This document shows, piece by piece, positions 7,782-17,430 of a DNA stretch of 64,000 bases; within the stretch, counting starts at the first letter, position 1, and each line of letters begins with the position of its first letter. The notes under the pieces were generated by a model. The model worked only from the letters and a program-made list of their open reading frames with translations, searched no databases and was not told the DNA's origin. The stretch comes from Candidatus Kaiserbacteria bacterium (GTDB lineage Bacteria; Patescibacteriota; Minisyncoccia; Phycocordibacterales; UBA2100), in assembly GCA_016432285.1 (NCBI GenBank), contig CP066682.1, positions 352,933 through 416,932 on the forward strand, written 5' to 3'. A program made the translations under genes and the position numbers.

Positions 7782-9610
7782 AGATTGGTTGAGTCTGTTT
7801 TATCAGTAAATATATTCCAGACGCGCTCCGTGTCGGTGTACCATTCGTACACATTGAGGAAGCGCTCCGAAGGGGAGGTGAGAGAGCCGAGTGCGACGCC
7901 GCGCAATTTTTCCGGGACGATGTAGATAAATTCCGGGGCGTAGAGGAAGACAGCAGGCTGGTCCTTTTCGACCACCGATTCGAACTCCTGGTAGAGCTCG
8001 GTACGGCGGCTCTTGTCGGTCGTGGCGCGCGCCTCCGCCAAAAGCGCGTCGGCGCGCGAATTCGCATACAGCGAAAGGTTGAGGCCCGGATCGTTGCGCT
8101 GCGAGCTGTGCCAAAAGGCGAAGAGATCGAGGGATCGGCCGACGACTTCTCCAAAAAGCACCGCGTCGTAGTTTCTCGGCCGCAGGATCGCGGTGTTGAG
8201 CTCCGAGAGCGAGTACACGTGCACGTCTACCTGCGCTCCCATGGCGCGCCACGCGGCCGCGACGATGTCTGCCGTTTGCGAGAGCTCCGGTTCGTCGGCC
8301 GTCGCGAGCGCAAACGAGAGAGTGCTCTTGCCCTTCGTCCACGCGCCGCTCGCATCGTCCCACTTCCAGCCGCCGCGCCGGAGGATCTCGCGCGCCGCTT
8401 CGGTGCGCGCGCTCGCTTCCACCGGTTCGTTCTGGGAAAGCGCGGCGGGCGTCGCCGGCGGCTCTTCTCCGAGCACTCGCGGGGGGATCGGCCCGTCGAT
8501 CGGTACGCCGTATCCTTCGAGCACCGCGTCGACGAGCACGCTCTTGTCGACCGCCTCATTGAGCGCCGCACGCACCGCCGCGTCGGCGAGTACCGGATTC
8601 TTGCTCTGGTTGAAAAAGACGCCGAAGGAGCGCGGCAGCGCGACCCGCACCATCTTCGTGCTATTCGGATCGAGGTTCTGCACGGCAGCAGGAGAGATAC
8701 CGGCGAAGCTGTCGACGCGCCCTGCGTTGTACGCGTTCAAAAGCGCGGTCTCGTTGGGATAAAAGAGCAGGGTGATGCGCTTCAGATAGGGCTTTCCGAG
8801 AGCGAATCGCTCGAAGGGCACGAGCTCGAAGGAAAGCGCGGCTCCGGTGCTGTCGGTGCTCTGCTTGTCGATGCGGTACGGGCCGCTTCCCACCGGATGC
8901 GTGTTGAGGGGATTGAAGGGAAAATCTTCCGCCGACACGCTCTCCCACAGTGTCTTCGGCAGAATACCGATCGTGGTGTTCTCGAGAAACGGAGCGTACG
9001 CGCGCGGCAGCTTGAAGACAATAGTAGAAGGATCAGGCGCGCTTACGGCGACGCCCTCCCAGTCGGCGCGCCGCTGGCTCTTGATGTCGGGACTCTGTGC
9101 TTTTTGGATCGTGAAGAGTACGTCGGCGGAGGTGAGGGACGTGCCGTTGTGGAAGACGGCGTCTTCGCGGATCTTAAATGTGTACGTCGTGCCGTCTTCG
9201 GATATTTCGTATGAAGAGGCGAGGTCGGGGACGAGGCGGCCGTCGGGGAGGGCTCGCATGAGACCTGAGTAAACGAGCGTCGTGAGATCGGCGTCGGGCT
9301 GCGAGAGTGCGAGCAGCGGATTGATGAAGCGCGCGGGGCCGATCACGCCTTCGGTGAGCGTCCCGCCCTGCGACGGGACGATGGTCGAGACGCTGCTGTT
9401 GAGGCCTGCAAGAAGCGCGAACGCGCTGACCGCAAGGAGCGCCGTCAATAGATAGAGCACGAGCCGCTCGCCCGGCGAGAAACGTCGAAGCTGCCCTTCG
9501 ATCATCGCAAGGTACGGGACGCTGCGGTGGCGCATCAGCTTTTGTGAGTAGCCTTCCTCAGCTTCCTTCGGAAGCGCGGGATCGGCGGGAGAGTCGTAAT
9601 CGGAAATCAT
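7778..9610 (-). CDS. Family-5 extracellular solute-binding protein (peptide/nickel ABC type), membrane-anchored, orphan
   Basis: N-terminal TM helix followed by an SBP_bac_5-like sequence (LVPDLASSYEISEDGTTYTFKIREDAVFHNG). No permease or ATPase gene is adjacent. Confidence 0.75.
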   Translation of the reverse strand: MISDYDSPADPALPKEAEEGYSQKLMRHRSVPYLAMIEGQLRRFSPGERLVLYLLTALLAVSAFALLAGLNSSVSTIVPSQGGTLTEGVIGPARFINPLLALSQPDADLTTLVYSGLMRALPDGRLVPDLASSYEISEDGTTYTFKIREDAVFHNGTSLTSADVLFTIQKAQSPDIKSQRRADWEGVAVSAPDPSTIVFKLPRAYAPFLENTTIGILPKTLWESVSAEDFPFNPLNTHPVGSGPYRIDKQSTDSTGAALSFELVPFERFALGKPYLKRITLLFYPNETALLNAYNAGRVDSFAGISPAAVQNLDPNSTKMVRVALPRSFGVFFNQSKNPVLADAAVRAALNEAVDKSVLVDAVLEGYGVPIDGPIPPRVLGEEPPATPAALSQNEPVEASARTEAAREILRRGGWKWDDASGAWTKGKSTLSFALATADEPELSQTADIVAAAWRAMGAQVDVHVYSLSELNTAILRPRNYDAVLFGEVVGRSLDLFAFWHSSQRNDPGLNLSLYANSRADALLAEARATTDKSRRTELYQEFESVVEKDQPAVFLYAPEFIYIVPEKLRGVALGSLTSPSERFLNVYEWYTDTERVWNIFTDKTDSTNL

Positions 9611-9662
9611 GGCGCTTGTGGAGCGCTGCGCTTCGCCGCACGGAGCGGCCTGCGCGGAGGCG

Positions 9663-9923
9663 TTAGCTTAGTAAGAGATTAATGAGTGCCGAAAAGGCAA
9701 AGAGGATACCGAGGACGATCGTAGCATAAAAGAGCGTCTTCTCCAACCCGCGGCGCGTGTGGAAGCCAGAAGAGAAGTTGTCGGCGCCAAATGCTCCGCC
9801 GAGCGAAGCGCCGGTGCGTTGCAGCACGATCGCTACAATCAAGAGTACCGAGAGCCCGATCTGTATGTAGGGCAGAACCCCTTGGAGAAAACCCATCGGC
9901 GAGAGGATAGCATACTGCCCCAT
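9663..9923 (-). CDS. secG: Preprotein translocase subunit SecG
   Basis: 86 aa with two TM helices and the central GGAFG motif (RTGASLGGAFGADNFSSGFHTRRGLEK). The longer 164-aa ORF prefix is Arg/Ser-rich junk. Confidence 0.75.
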   Translation of the reverse strand: MGQYAILSPMGFLQGVLPYIQIGLSVLLIVAIVLQRTGASLGGAFGADNFSSGFHTRRGLEKTLFYATIVLGILFAFSALINLLLS

Positions 9924-9978
9924 AAAAACAAGTCGCCGCGGCGGGTCCTCAAAAAGAGGTCCAGCCGCGGCGTATTTC

Positions 9979-10452
9979 TCATGCGCGCCGCCACGTGATC
10001 GCCACGACGAAACCCGCAACCGCGAAAACGAGAAGGTATGCGGATGCGTACGGAGCAGAGTTGGCCGTGGTGATCGAGACGGCGTCCCAGAATCCCCGCG
10101 CCTCATTGGTGAAGGCCGCGGTGATCGCCGCATAACCAAAGAACACGACGACCGCAACCCCCGCCGTCATCAGGAACCACGTTACGAAGAACCCGAGGAA
10201 GTGCCGGATCCATGCACCGACGAACAAGGCGAGGAAGGATGTGATGATGATGTACGCGAACGCATCGGCGTCGCTCAGTTCCAGGATCTTCCTCATGTAG
10301 CCCACGCTCACGGCCGTGGCGAAGAGCCACGCGGCAAACAGCACCAGCACCGGTAGGTGCCAAGAGCGAATCCGTGGAGGGGTGAGCATTGCCCCGGTGA
10401 TCATTGCGATGACGATCGGAGCAAGCGGAAAGAGGTAGGCGTAATTCTGCAT
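9979..10452 (-). CDS. Hypothetical integral membrane protein (4-5 TM)
   Basis: Hydrophobic-segment periodicity and an ATG start. No recognisable family. Confidence 0.55.
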   Translation of the reverse strand: MQNYAYLFPLAPIVIAMITGAMLTPPRIRSWHLPVLVLFAAWLFATAVSVGYMRKILELSDADAFAYIIITSFLALFVGAWIRHFLGFFVTWFLMTAGVAVVVFFGYAAITAAFTNEARGFWDAVSITTANSAPYASAYLLVFAVAGFVVAITWRRA

Positions 10453-10545
10453 AGCACCACCATAATTTCGAGCACCGCATTCCCGGCGGCTCGGGTATGT
10501 ACTCAGGGCACTCTGGCATTCGGTGCCCCTTTAGTCAATTTCTTC

Positions 10546-10575
10546 TTGACCGGGGTGCGCCACTTCATTTATAGT
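10546..10575 (+). promoter_or_regulatory. Sigma70-type promoter of groES-groEL
   Basis: TTGACC (10546-10551), 18-nt spacer, TATAGT (10570-10575). Confidence 0.6.
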
Positions 10576-10630
10576 GCCCGCACCTACGGCGAGAGCCGTA
10601 CATCCAAGCAATTTTTAAAAGCGTAACCAT

Positions 10631-10963
10631 TTGGATATGGCAAAAGAAGCGAAGAAGGGCAGCAAGGTAAACATCGAGCCGGTAGGCGACCGGGTGCTTG
10701 TAAGGCGCATGGACGTGGATGAAAAATCGCCGTCCGGCATTATCATTCCCGACACGGCGCAGAAGGAAAAGTCGAAGCGTGGCGTGATCGTCGCGGTCGG
10801 CCCCGGCAAGTACGGCGATGAGGCCGACCTCATCCCCATGACGGTGAAGGCCGGGCAGAAAGTGTTCTTTAATTCCGGCTGGGACAACGAGATCAAGATG
10901 GAAGGCGACGAATCCGAATACTTCCTGATCCACGAAAGCGACATCCTCGCGGTTATCAAATAA
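10631..10963 (+). CDS. groES: Co-chaperonin GroES
   Basis: IEPVGDRVLVRR...SPSGIIIPDTAQEK..RGVIVAVGPG. The alternative start is ATG 10637. Confidence 0.95.
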   Translation: MDMAKEAKKGSKVNIEPVGDRVLVRRMDVDEKSPSGIIIPDTAQKEKSKRGVIVAVGPGKYGDEADLIPMTVKAGQKVFFNSGWDNEIKMEGDESEYFLIHESDILAVIK

Positions 10964-10972
10964 GCACACACC

Positions 10973-12619
10973 ATGGCAAAAAAAGTAATTTTTGAACAAG
11001 ACGTCAGAAGCGCCCTCAAGCGCGGCGTTGACATCGTCGCGAATGCGGTGAAAGTAACGATCGGCCCGCGCGGCCGCAACGTCGCCCTCTCCAAATCGTG
11101 GGGAGGCCCGACGATCACCAACGACGGCGTCTCGATCGCGAAAGAGATTTCACTCGAAGACAAATTCGAAGACATGGGCGCCTCGATCGTCAAAGAGGTG
11201 GCCACGAAAACCAACGACAAAGCGGGAGACGGCACGACGACCGCCGTGGTGCTCACGCAAGCGATCGTCCACGAAGGCCTGAAGCGCACCGCGCTCGGCG
11301 CCAACGCCATGATGGTGCGCCGCGGCATCGAAGCGGCCGCCAAAGATGCAGTGGAGGAACTTCGCAAAATGGCGAAACCGGTGAAAGGGAAAAATGAGAT
11401 CAAACAAGTGGCTTCGATCTCCGCCGAATCGGAGGAGCTCGGCAAGACCATCGCCGAGGTCGTCGAGAAAGTAGGCAAAGATGGCGTCGTAACGGTGGAG
11501 GAAGGCCAGACGACCGCAATTGAATACGAATACGTGGAAGGCCTGGAGTTCGACAAGGGATATGTTTCCGCGTACATGATCACCAACGCCGAGCGCATGG
11601 AGGCGGAAGCCAAGGATGCGCCGATTCTCGTTACGGATAAAAAGATTTCGACGGTGAAAGACATCCTGCCGCTTTTGGAAAAAGTGGCGCAGGCCGGCAA
11701 GAAGGAGCTCGTGATCATCGCCGACGACGTGGATGGGGAAGCGCTCACCACGTTTGTCTTGAATAAATTGCGCGGCGGCTTCAACGTGCTCGCCGTGAAG
11801 GCTCCCGGATACGGAGATCGCAAGAAAGAAATGCTCGCCGACATCGCGATCACGGTGGGCGCGCAGGTAGTTTCTGAAGACCTTGGAATCAAACTCGAGA
11901 CAGCGGAGCTCTCGCAGCTCGGCCGCGCGCAGCGCGTGGTGGCCACGAAGGATTCGACGGTGATCGTCGGCGGTAAGGGCAAGAAGTCGGAGATCGAGGC
12001 GCGCGTCGCATCGCTCCGCAAGCTCGCCGAGAGCACCGACTCGAAGTTCGACAAAGAAAAACTCGACGAGCGCGTCGCCAAGCTCTCGGGCGGCGTGGCG
12101 GTGATCCGCGTGGGAGCCGCGACGGAAACTGAAATGAAATATCTCAAAGACAAAATCGAAGACGCGGTGAATGCGACGAAGGCCGCGATCGCCGAAGGCA
12201 TCGTGCCGGGCGGCGGAGCCGCGCTCGCGAAGGTCTCGGAAAAATTGGGCAAGAAGGTGAGCGCGAGCGCGCACGACGAATACACCATCGGCTACCGCAT
12301 TCTGCTTTCTGCGCTCTCCGCACCCTTCCTCCAGATCGCATACAACTCGGGCCGCGAAGACGGCGTCGTGCTTCTGAAGGAAATCGCCCACAAAGGCGGC
12401 AACTTTGGATTCGATGCCTCGAAAGACGCGCGGGAGGCGCACATCGTTGACATGTACGAGGCGGGAATCATCGATCCGGTGAAGGTAACACGAAGCGGTG
12501 TGGAAAACGCTGCTTCCGCTGCGGCCGTGCTCCTCACGACAGAAGCCGCCGTTGCCGACCTGCCGGAAGAGAAGAAGGCCGCGCCGGGCGGTATGCCGGG
12601 GGGGATGGACGAAATGTAA
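10973..12619 (+). CDS. groEL: Chaperonin GroEL
   Basis: Full-length Cpn60 (AGDGTTTAVVLTQAIV..., C-terminal GGMPGGMDEM). Confidence 0.98.
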   Translation: MAKKVIFEQDVRSALKRGVDIVANAVKVTIGPRGRNVALSKSWGGPTITNDGVSIAKEISLEDKFEDMGASIVKEVATKTNDKAGDGTTTAVVLTQAIVHEGLKRTALGANAMMVRRGIEAAAKDAVEELRKMAKPVKGKNEIKQVASISAESEELGKTIAEVVEKVGKDGVVTVEEGQTTAIEYEYVEGLEFDKGYVSAYMITNAERMEAEAKDAPILVTDKKISTVKDILPLLEKVAQAGKKELVIIADDVDGEALTTFVLNKLRGGFNVLAVKAPGYGDRKKEMLADIAITVGAQVVSEDLGIKLETAELSQLGRAQRVVATKDSTVIVGGKGKKSEIEARVASLRKLAESTDSKFDKEKLDERVAKLSGGVAVIRVGAATETEMKYLKDKIEDAVNATKAAIAEGIVPGGGAALAKVSEKLGKKVSASAHDEYTIGYRILLSALSAPFLQIAYNSGREDGVVLLKEIAHKGGNFGFDASKDAREAHIVDMYEAGIIDPVKVTRSGVENAASAAAVLLTTEAAVADLPEEKKAAPGGMPGGMDEM

Positions 12620-12643
12620 GGTTTGAAGGGAAAAGTTTTCAAC

Positions 12644-12667
12644 GCGGCCGCCCAGCAGGGCGGCCGC
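12644..12667 (+). terminator. Terminator hairpin after groEL
   Basis: 10-bp stem GCGGCCGCCC / GGGCGGCCGC with loop AGCA. The U-tract is weak (TTCGCGTTAT). Confidence 0.55.
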
Positions 12668-12688
12668 TTCGCGTTATGATTGAAGCAC

Positions 12689-15600
12689 ATGGGAACAACG
12701 ACCCGTGGAATTTTCAGTGTTGCGTTTTTCCTGATTTTCTACGCCTTTTTTCTTGTGCCACCTGCGGTGGCTACAATCGACGACTCCGCCGATCGAACGT
12801 GCGTGCCATTTCTTGCTGTATGCGGATGTGGTGAGACGTTGCAAAACAATACGTGCGTGAAGGTAACTTCCGAAAACACCGGTCTTAAGTCCAACGGTGT
12901 CAACATGAACGGATGCAAGTGCCAGAGCACGGAAAAACCGGCGGGTGGCACTTGCAGAGCGGTACGGGATTGCAAAGGAGAATGGTACGAGCAAAACGGC
13001 AAACGGGTCAACATCGATCCGAACGCCGAGAAGAATTTCGCGGATCTTTTGAAAGGACTTCCAAATCAACCTCCGAGCGGAGGTTCGGGACAGCAAGGGG
13101 GCGCTACACCTGATCTCTCGCCGCCGCAGCAAGCACCTTCGGAAACGAGCGATCATCAGGATTCAGAAAGCATTCAATCAGCGTTTGATCCTCTAACAGG
13201 GCAACCAATCGATCAGGGGAAGTCCGGCGATCAAAAGAATTGGGGCGAACTTCTTTCGGAGGACGAGTGGAATGATTTGGTAAAGCAAGATCAAAATCTG
13301 AGCAATCAATATCCGCCACCGACGCTGGACGAGGCGACACGGCTGCAACCAGGCTCGCCGGATACGCCATTTGATGTAGCGAAAATTGATCCGATCACGG
13401 GAGAGCCGACATACAGTGGTTTTCAAAACGGTCCGGTCCCAAACGATGAAACTGCTTCGGGGGATGAACCACGATCCGAACCGTCGTGGATGGATTCGGT
13501 CCGTGACTATGCCGGGAAAGCGTGGGACGCGATCAAGAATGAATTCGGCGGTGAGGCGGAGGCGGGTCAGGGATGCCCGAAATACAATTGTTGGGGCATC
13601 AAAAACGGCGGCAGCGGATATCAAAAATTCGGATCGGAAGAGGCCGCAGCCACACGATATCTTTCGAACTGGAAGGACTATGTCGACAAGGGATACAACA
13701 CTGTCGACAAGTATCTCAACCGATGGGTTGCCCCGAAGGAAGCCGGGACGGATCCCGAATACTATGGCCAGTATGTAAACGGAGTAAAACAAGCGATTGG
13801 CGGAAATCAGCTTGAGGCGGGCAACGCGGAGCAGGCGATCTCGATGATGAAAGCGCAAGCCCTCTACGAGCAGGGGGTCTCGGGCAGGAGCTTTCCGATC
13901 TCGGATCAGGCGATCGAGGCGGCTGCGCAACGAGTATTCGGATCGAGCTATTCCCGGGGGCCGGTGGAAGATATCGGCCCGGGAGCGGGAAGGAGTTTTG
14001 CCGCCGAGAGCTACGGCGACACGGATCGCTTTGCGCCGACGGAGGCACCCGCATGGGTGGCATCGACTCCCGGATCGACACCAGCTGATCTCGGTCTGCA
14101 ATCTGGGGTCTCTCCGTTTGGGTGGGGCAACAATTTCGACTCATACGGAGAGCCGTCCGATTCGCTCGTCGCGCAAACCGGTCCGGAAGAAACGTACGTA
14201 CCAAACGAGATCGCAAGCGGCGCGTTCGACATCGGTCCGCAGGATGTGCCGCCGCCTGTCCTCACAGACGCGCAAATCGGGGGAGGGTACAACGACCCGG
14301 ATTTCGACCCGTTCGGCGATTTCAATACGCCGGTAAACGAGCCCGCGACAGCGGACGCCGGGGATCAACAGCGCAACGAAGTCGATATTGCCGCCAACGA
14401 CGCCGAACGACAGGCGGAAATTGAGAGAGCACGAAACGAAGTCGACATCGCGGCCAACGATGCGGAGCGGCAGACGGAATTGGCTCGTGCCGAGGAGCGG
14501 CGCAACGAAGTCGATATTGCCGCCAGCGACGACGAGCGACGCCCGCTCCAGCCGAATCGCCAAGCGATCGAGCAGGCGCAGCGGGAGTATGTGGACGACT
14601 ACTTAAAGGAGTACGAGCAACGCCGTGAAGCGCAGCAACAGGCTGTAGCCAATGCGCAGAAGCAGAAGGCGCTCGACACCTTGAACGCGGCCGCGGCCGA
14701 TGTGAAAGATCGTGCCAATTCGATCGCGCAGACGGTCCGCGATCCGCAAAATCTCGACGTCAAGGATCTCGCCGCCGACGTGAAGAGCGCCCCCACCGAG
14801 CTCGCGCGTCTTCGCGCCGCCGCGCGCGAGGCGCTCGATAAGGGAGCGATCTCCAAAGAGCAGTACAACAACGTGATACGCGGGTCGGAAACGCTTCAGG
14901 GGATGGTCAGTGAGTACGCGAAGAATGACAAATATTTCAGCGAAGAATATAAAGGCCAGGTGCAAGGCGCTTTGCAGGGCAGGATTGAAACCGGCGAGAC
15001 GCGGGATCAGCTTGCGAAAGCCGGCAGCGCACTCGCGCAGGTAACCGACGTTCCGAAGACGTACACGCCGCCGCCGCGCACGCTCGGCTCAGACGCGAGC
15101 TCCGGCGTGAGCGATGCGGGGTACAGCCAGTCGCAGTCAGAAGGGTTGATCGACGGCGGCGCACTCGACTCGGGCTTCGGCCTCTCCTCGCAGCAGGTGG
15201 CCTCGCTCTACGACCAGCTCGAATTGGACGCGCAGGCGGATCAGCTGGTCGAGAGTGGGGCTCTCGACTCGGGCTTTGGCCTCACGTCGCCCCAGGTCGC
15301 ATCGCTCTACGACCATCTCGACTTGGAGAATAAAGTGGAGGGGATCGACTGGACGTCGGTTTCTTTCCACAGTCCATATACCGACACCGGTCTTTCGGAG
15401 GACATCAACGAGCAGATCCGCCTCGCGGCCGGTCCGCAGGAGTTCGTACCCGAAGAGCCGTTTGTGGAGGCGCGGCCTGATCGGAGCGGCCCGAACGATC
15501 AGGTTGCGATCAACGACGACAATCAAGTATTGCCGCTTGGTCAAAACAAGGAGGAGCTCGATCTTGAGCGGGGAGAATATGCGAAGTGGGACGACATCGT

Positions 15601-16822
15601 CCACTTTGCCGACGCGAAATCGTGGAACGACTTTGGGCAGGATGAGACGGATCGCAATTACCGCACCCCAGGCTTCCCGTCGGCTGCCGGTATCGACAAG
15701 GTCGCCGACGCGATCAGGGATGCCTCGAAAAACGTACTGGACGCATTTCGCAGCTCGGACGTGGAAGATGCGATCAAGAATTACAAAAGCCCCTACGGAG
15801 ACTACTTCGGCAACTACCTACAGTCACCGGATCCGTTCTCTCAAAGCGGCGAAGATCTGACGCGGCAGGTGCTGGCGTCCAACATTCCCGCGTCCGATCG
15901 CTTCACCCCAAGCGGGGAAGCGATTACTGAGGATGTCCTCGGGTCCAACTTCGCGCCGGTCGATTCGTCGGATCGAAGCGGCGAGGCGCTCACGCAAGAT
16001 GCGCTCGATTCCAGTTTCATCCCACCCGATTCGTTCGATCAGAGCGGGGAGGCTCTCACCGAATCCATCTCACTTTACAATCTGGCGGAATCGCAAAAGC
16101 TCATCGACGAAGGCTCGCTCGATTCTGGCTTCGACGGCTTCACCGGGGAGCAGGTAGCCGAAGCCTACCGAGACTACGCGCTGCGGAATACCGATTGGGA
16201 TCGACTCGTCTTGAACGACGACGTGCCGCAGGAAACACCTGAGGCCGATGTTTCCGATATACTGCCCGCGGATCCTTCCCAAATCGTTCCCGTAACGAAA
16301 CTCGCCGCACCAAATCAACTTATACCGAACGTGCCCGAGAAGCCGGCCGACGAGGTCAGTGCCGCCGACAAAACGGACGCGCAGTCTCCCGAAACTTCCG
16401 CCGAGGAAACTCCTGCGCAAAAGCCGCAGCTTCCAGCCGCCTGCTTCGGGCCGTCGGTCGCCGCGTGCAGTAAGGCGCTCGGCAAGGAGTGGAGCGAGAG
16501 CCGCAACGAGATCGCAAAGGATCTCGGAGTGAGCTGTACGCCCGGAAGCGCTTCCTGCAACAGGCAGATCCTAAAAGCGATCGTGGACCAAGGGGGCTTA
16601 CCACCGCCTTTGCCGCAGCCTCGAGATCCGTACTCGCGCGCGGCGCAGAATTATCCGACAGGGGACTCGCTCGTCAATTTCCTGAAAGCGGGAGGACTCC
16701 CGAGCGACTACCTCAGCCGCGCCGATTTCGCGAAGGAGAACGGCATCGACGGCTACAAAGGCACCGCGGCGCAAAACCTCCAGCTCCTCCAGTGTCTCCG
16801 AGACCCTTCCTGCAGGAAATAA
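12689..16822 (+). CDS. Giant (1378 aa) secreted repeat-rich acidic protein with Cys-rich N- and C-terminal modules
   Basis: Signal-peptide-like N-terminus (GIFSVAFFLIFYAFFLVPPAVA). Three families of internal repeats are present. An NCWGIK...F.SEE segment weakly recalls glucosaminidase-type muramidases. The C-terminal motif is SLVNFLKAGGLPSDYLSRADFAKENGIDGYKGTAAQNLQLL. TATGAT 12675-12680 lies 8 nt upstream of the ATG (the ORF-track start 12680 is TTG). Confidence 0.8.
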   Translation: MGTTTRGIFSVAFFLIFYAFFLVPPAVATIDDSADRTCVPFLAVCGCGETLQNNTCVKVTSENTGLKSNGVNMNGCKCQSTEKPAGGTCRAVRDCKGEWYEQNGKRVNIDPNAEKNFADLLKGLPNQPPSGGSGQQGGATPDLSPPQQAPSETSDHQDSESIQSAFDPLTGQPIDQGKSGDQKNWGELLSEDEWNDLVKQDQNLSNQYPPPTLDEATRLQPGSPDTPFDVAKIDPITGEPTYSGFQNGPVPNDETASGDEPRSEPSWMDSVRDYAGKAWDAIKNEFGGEAEAGQGCPKYNCWGIKNGGSGYQKFGSEEAAATRYLSNWKDYVDKGYNTVDKYLNRWVAPKEAGTDPEYYGQYVNGVKQAIGGNQLEAGNAEQAISMMKAQALYEQGVSGRSFPISDQAIEAAAQRVFGSSYSRGPVEDIGPGAGRSFAAESYGDTDRFAPTEAPAWVASTPGSTPADLGLQSGVSPFGWGNNFDSYGEPSDSLVAQTGPEETYVPNEIASGAFDIGPQDVPPPVLTDAQIGGGYNDPDFDPFGDFNTPVNEPATADAGDQQRNEVDIAANDAERQAEIERARNEVDIAANDAERQTELARAEERRNEVDIAASDDERRPLQPNRQAIEQAQREYVDDYLKEYEQRREAQQQAVANAQKQKALDTLNAAAADVKDRANSIAQTVRDPQNLDVKDLAADVKSAPTELARLRAAAREALDKGAISKEQYNNVIRGSETLQGMVSEYAKNDKYFSEEYKGQVQGALQGRIETGETRDQLAKAGSALAQVTDVPKTYTPPPRTLGSDASSGVSDAGYSQSQSEGLIDGGALDSGFGLSSQQVASLYDQLELDAQADQLVESGALDSGFGLTSPQVASLYDHLDLENKVEGIDWTSVSFHSPYTDTGLSEDINEQIRLAAGPQEFVPEEPFVEARPDRSGPNDQVAINDDNQVLPLGQNKEELDLERGEYAKWDDIVHFADAKSWNDFGQDETDRNYRTPGFPSAAGIDKVADAIRDASKNVLDAFRSSDVEDAIKNYKSPYGDYFGNYLQSPDPFSQSGEDLTRQVLASNIPASDRFTPSGEAITEDVLGSNFAPVDSSDRSGEALTQDALDSSFIPPDSFDQSGEALTESISLYNLAESQKLIDEGSLDSGFDGFTGEQVAEAYRDYALRNTDWDRLVLNDDVPQETPEADVSDILPADPSQIVPVTKLAAPNQLIPNVPEKPADEVSAADKTDAQSPETSAEETPAQKPQLPAACFGPSVAACSKALGKEWSESRNEIAKDLGVSCTPGSASCNRQILKAIVDQGGLPPPLPQPRDPYSRAAQNYPTGDSLVNFLKAGGLPSDYLSRADFAKENGIDGYKGTAAQNLQLLQCLRDPSCRK

Positions 16823-16872
16823 GACACTTGGCTTCAAATAGAAAAGGAGAGTCGTTGTGATAGAATGGCGGC

Positions 16873-17430
16873 ATGACAGCCTGGATCGTCGTCGGCATTC
16901 TCGTCCTTGTCGCGCTGTGGCTCGTGTGGGCGTACAACAACTTCGTGCGTCTCACCAACCGCTCCGAAGAGGCGTGGTCGGACATCGACGTGCAGATGAA
17001 GCGCCGTTACGACCTCATCCCGAATCTCGTGGAAACAGTGAAGGGCTACATGACGCACGAGCGGCAGACCTTGGAGAGCGTGACGGAGGCGCGCACGAAG
17101 GCCATGGGAGCGCACAGCGTGGGCGAACACGCGCAGGCGGAAAATATGCTGACGGGTGCTTTGAAAACTTTGTTCGCCGTGGCGGAGAGTTATCCGGATT
17201 TGAAGGCCAACACAAATTTCGTGGAGCTCCAGCGCGAGCTCGCGGACACCGAGAATAAAATCCAGGCCGCCCGCCGTTTCTACAACAGCGTCGTGCAGGA
17301 TCTCCAAAACGCACTCGAGCAATTCCCCGGCAACCTCGTCGGCTCTACCTTCGGCTTCAAGACGCGCGAGTTCTTCCAGCTCGATGCGGGCGAAGAGGCT
17401 GCGCGACAGCCCGTGAAGGTGAGCTTCTAG
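16873..17430 (+). CDS. lemA: LemA family protein
   Basis: N-terminal TM helix followed by WAYNNFVRLTNRSEEAWSDIDVQMKRRYDLIPNLVETVKGY. TG-n-TAGAAT at 16858-16866 lies 6 nt upstream of the ATG. Confidence 0.9.
   Translation: MTAWIVVGILVLVALWLVWAYNNFVRLTNRSEEAWSDIDVQMKRRYDLIPNLVETVKGYMTHERQTLESVTEARTKAMGAHSVGEHAQAENMLTGALKTLFAVAESYPDLKANTNFVELQRELADTENKIQAARRFYNSVVQDLQNALEQFPGNLVGSTFGFKTREFFQLDAGEEAARQPVKVSF

Noticed and set aside
10503-10533. Imperfect inverted repeat CAGGGCAC-N11-GTGCCCCT upstream of groES, considered as a CIRCE/HrcA operator.
   Set aside because: Only the GCACTC...GTGC core resembles CIRCE (TTAGCACTC-N9-GAGTGCTAA). It lies upstream of the -35 box rather than between the promoter and the start. 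The match is too weak to call.
10615-12288. 557-aa ORF on the minus strand opposite groEL. Similar long antisense or off-frame ORFs include 237-1310(-), 1515-2744(+), 6129-7925(+), 8108-9214(+), 11150-12442(-), 20287-21540(+), 30595-31476(-), 40923-41930(+), 44067-45032(-), 47295-48281(+), 59935-60930(-), 61462-62373(+) and 62669-63454(+).
   Set aside because: Each lies opposite or out of frame to a gene with unmistakable conserved motifs. Their translations are Arg/Ala/Ser/Pro-rich low-complexity strings, typical of stop-poor alternative frames in 60% GC DNA.
14372-16160. Tandem DNA repeats, considered as a CRISPR array or satellite.
   Set aside because: They are in-frame coding repeats within the giant secreted protein. 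The units are not separated by unique spacers of constant length, and they are imperfect at synonymous sites.
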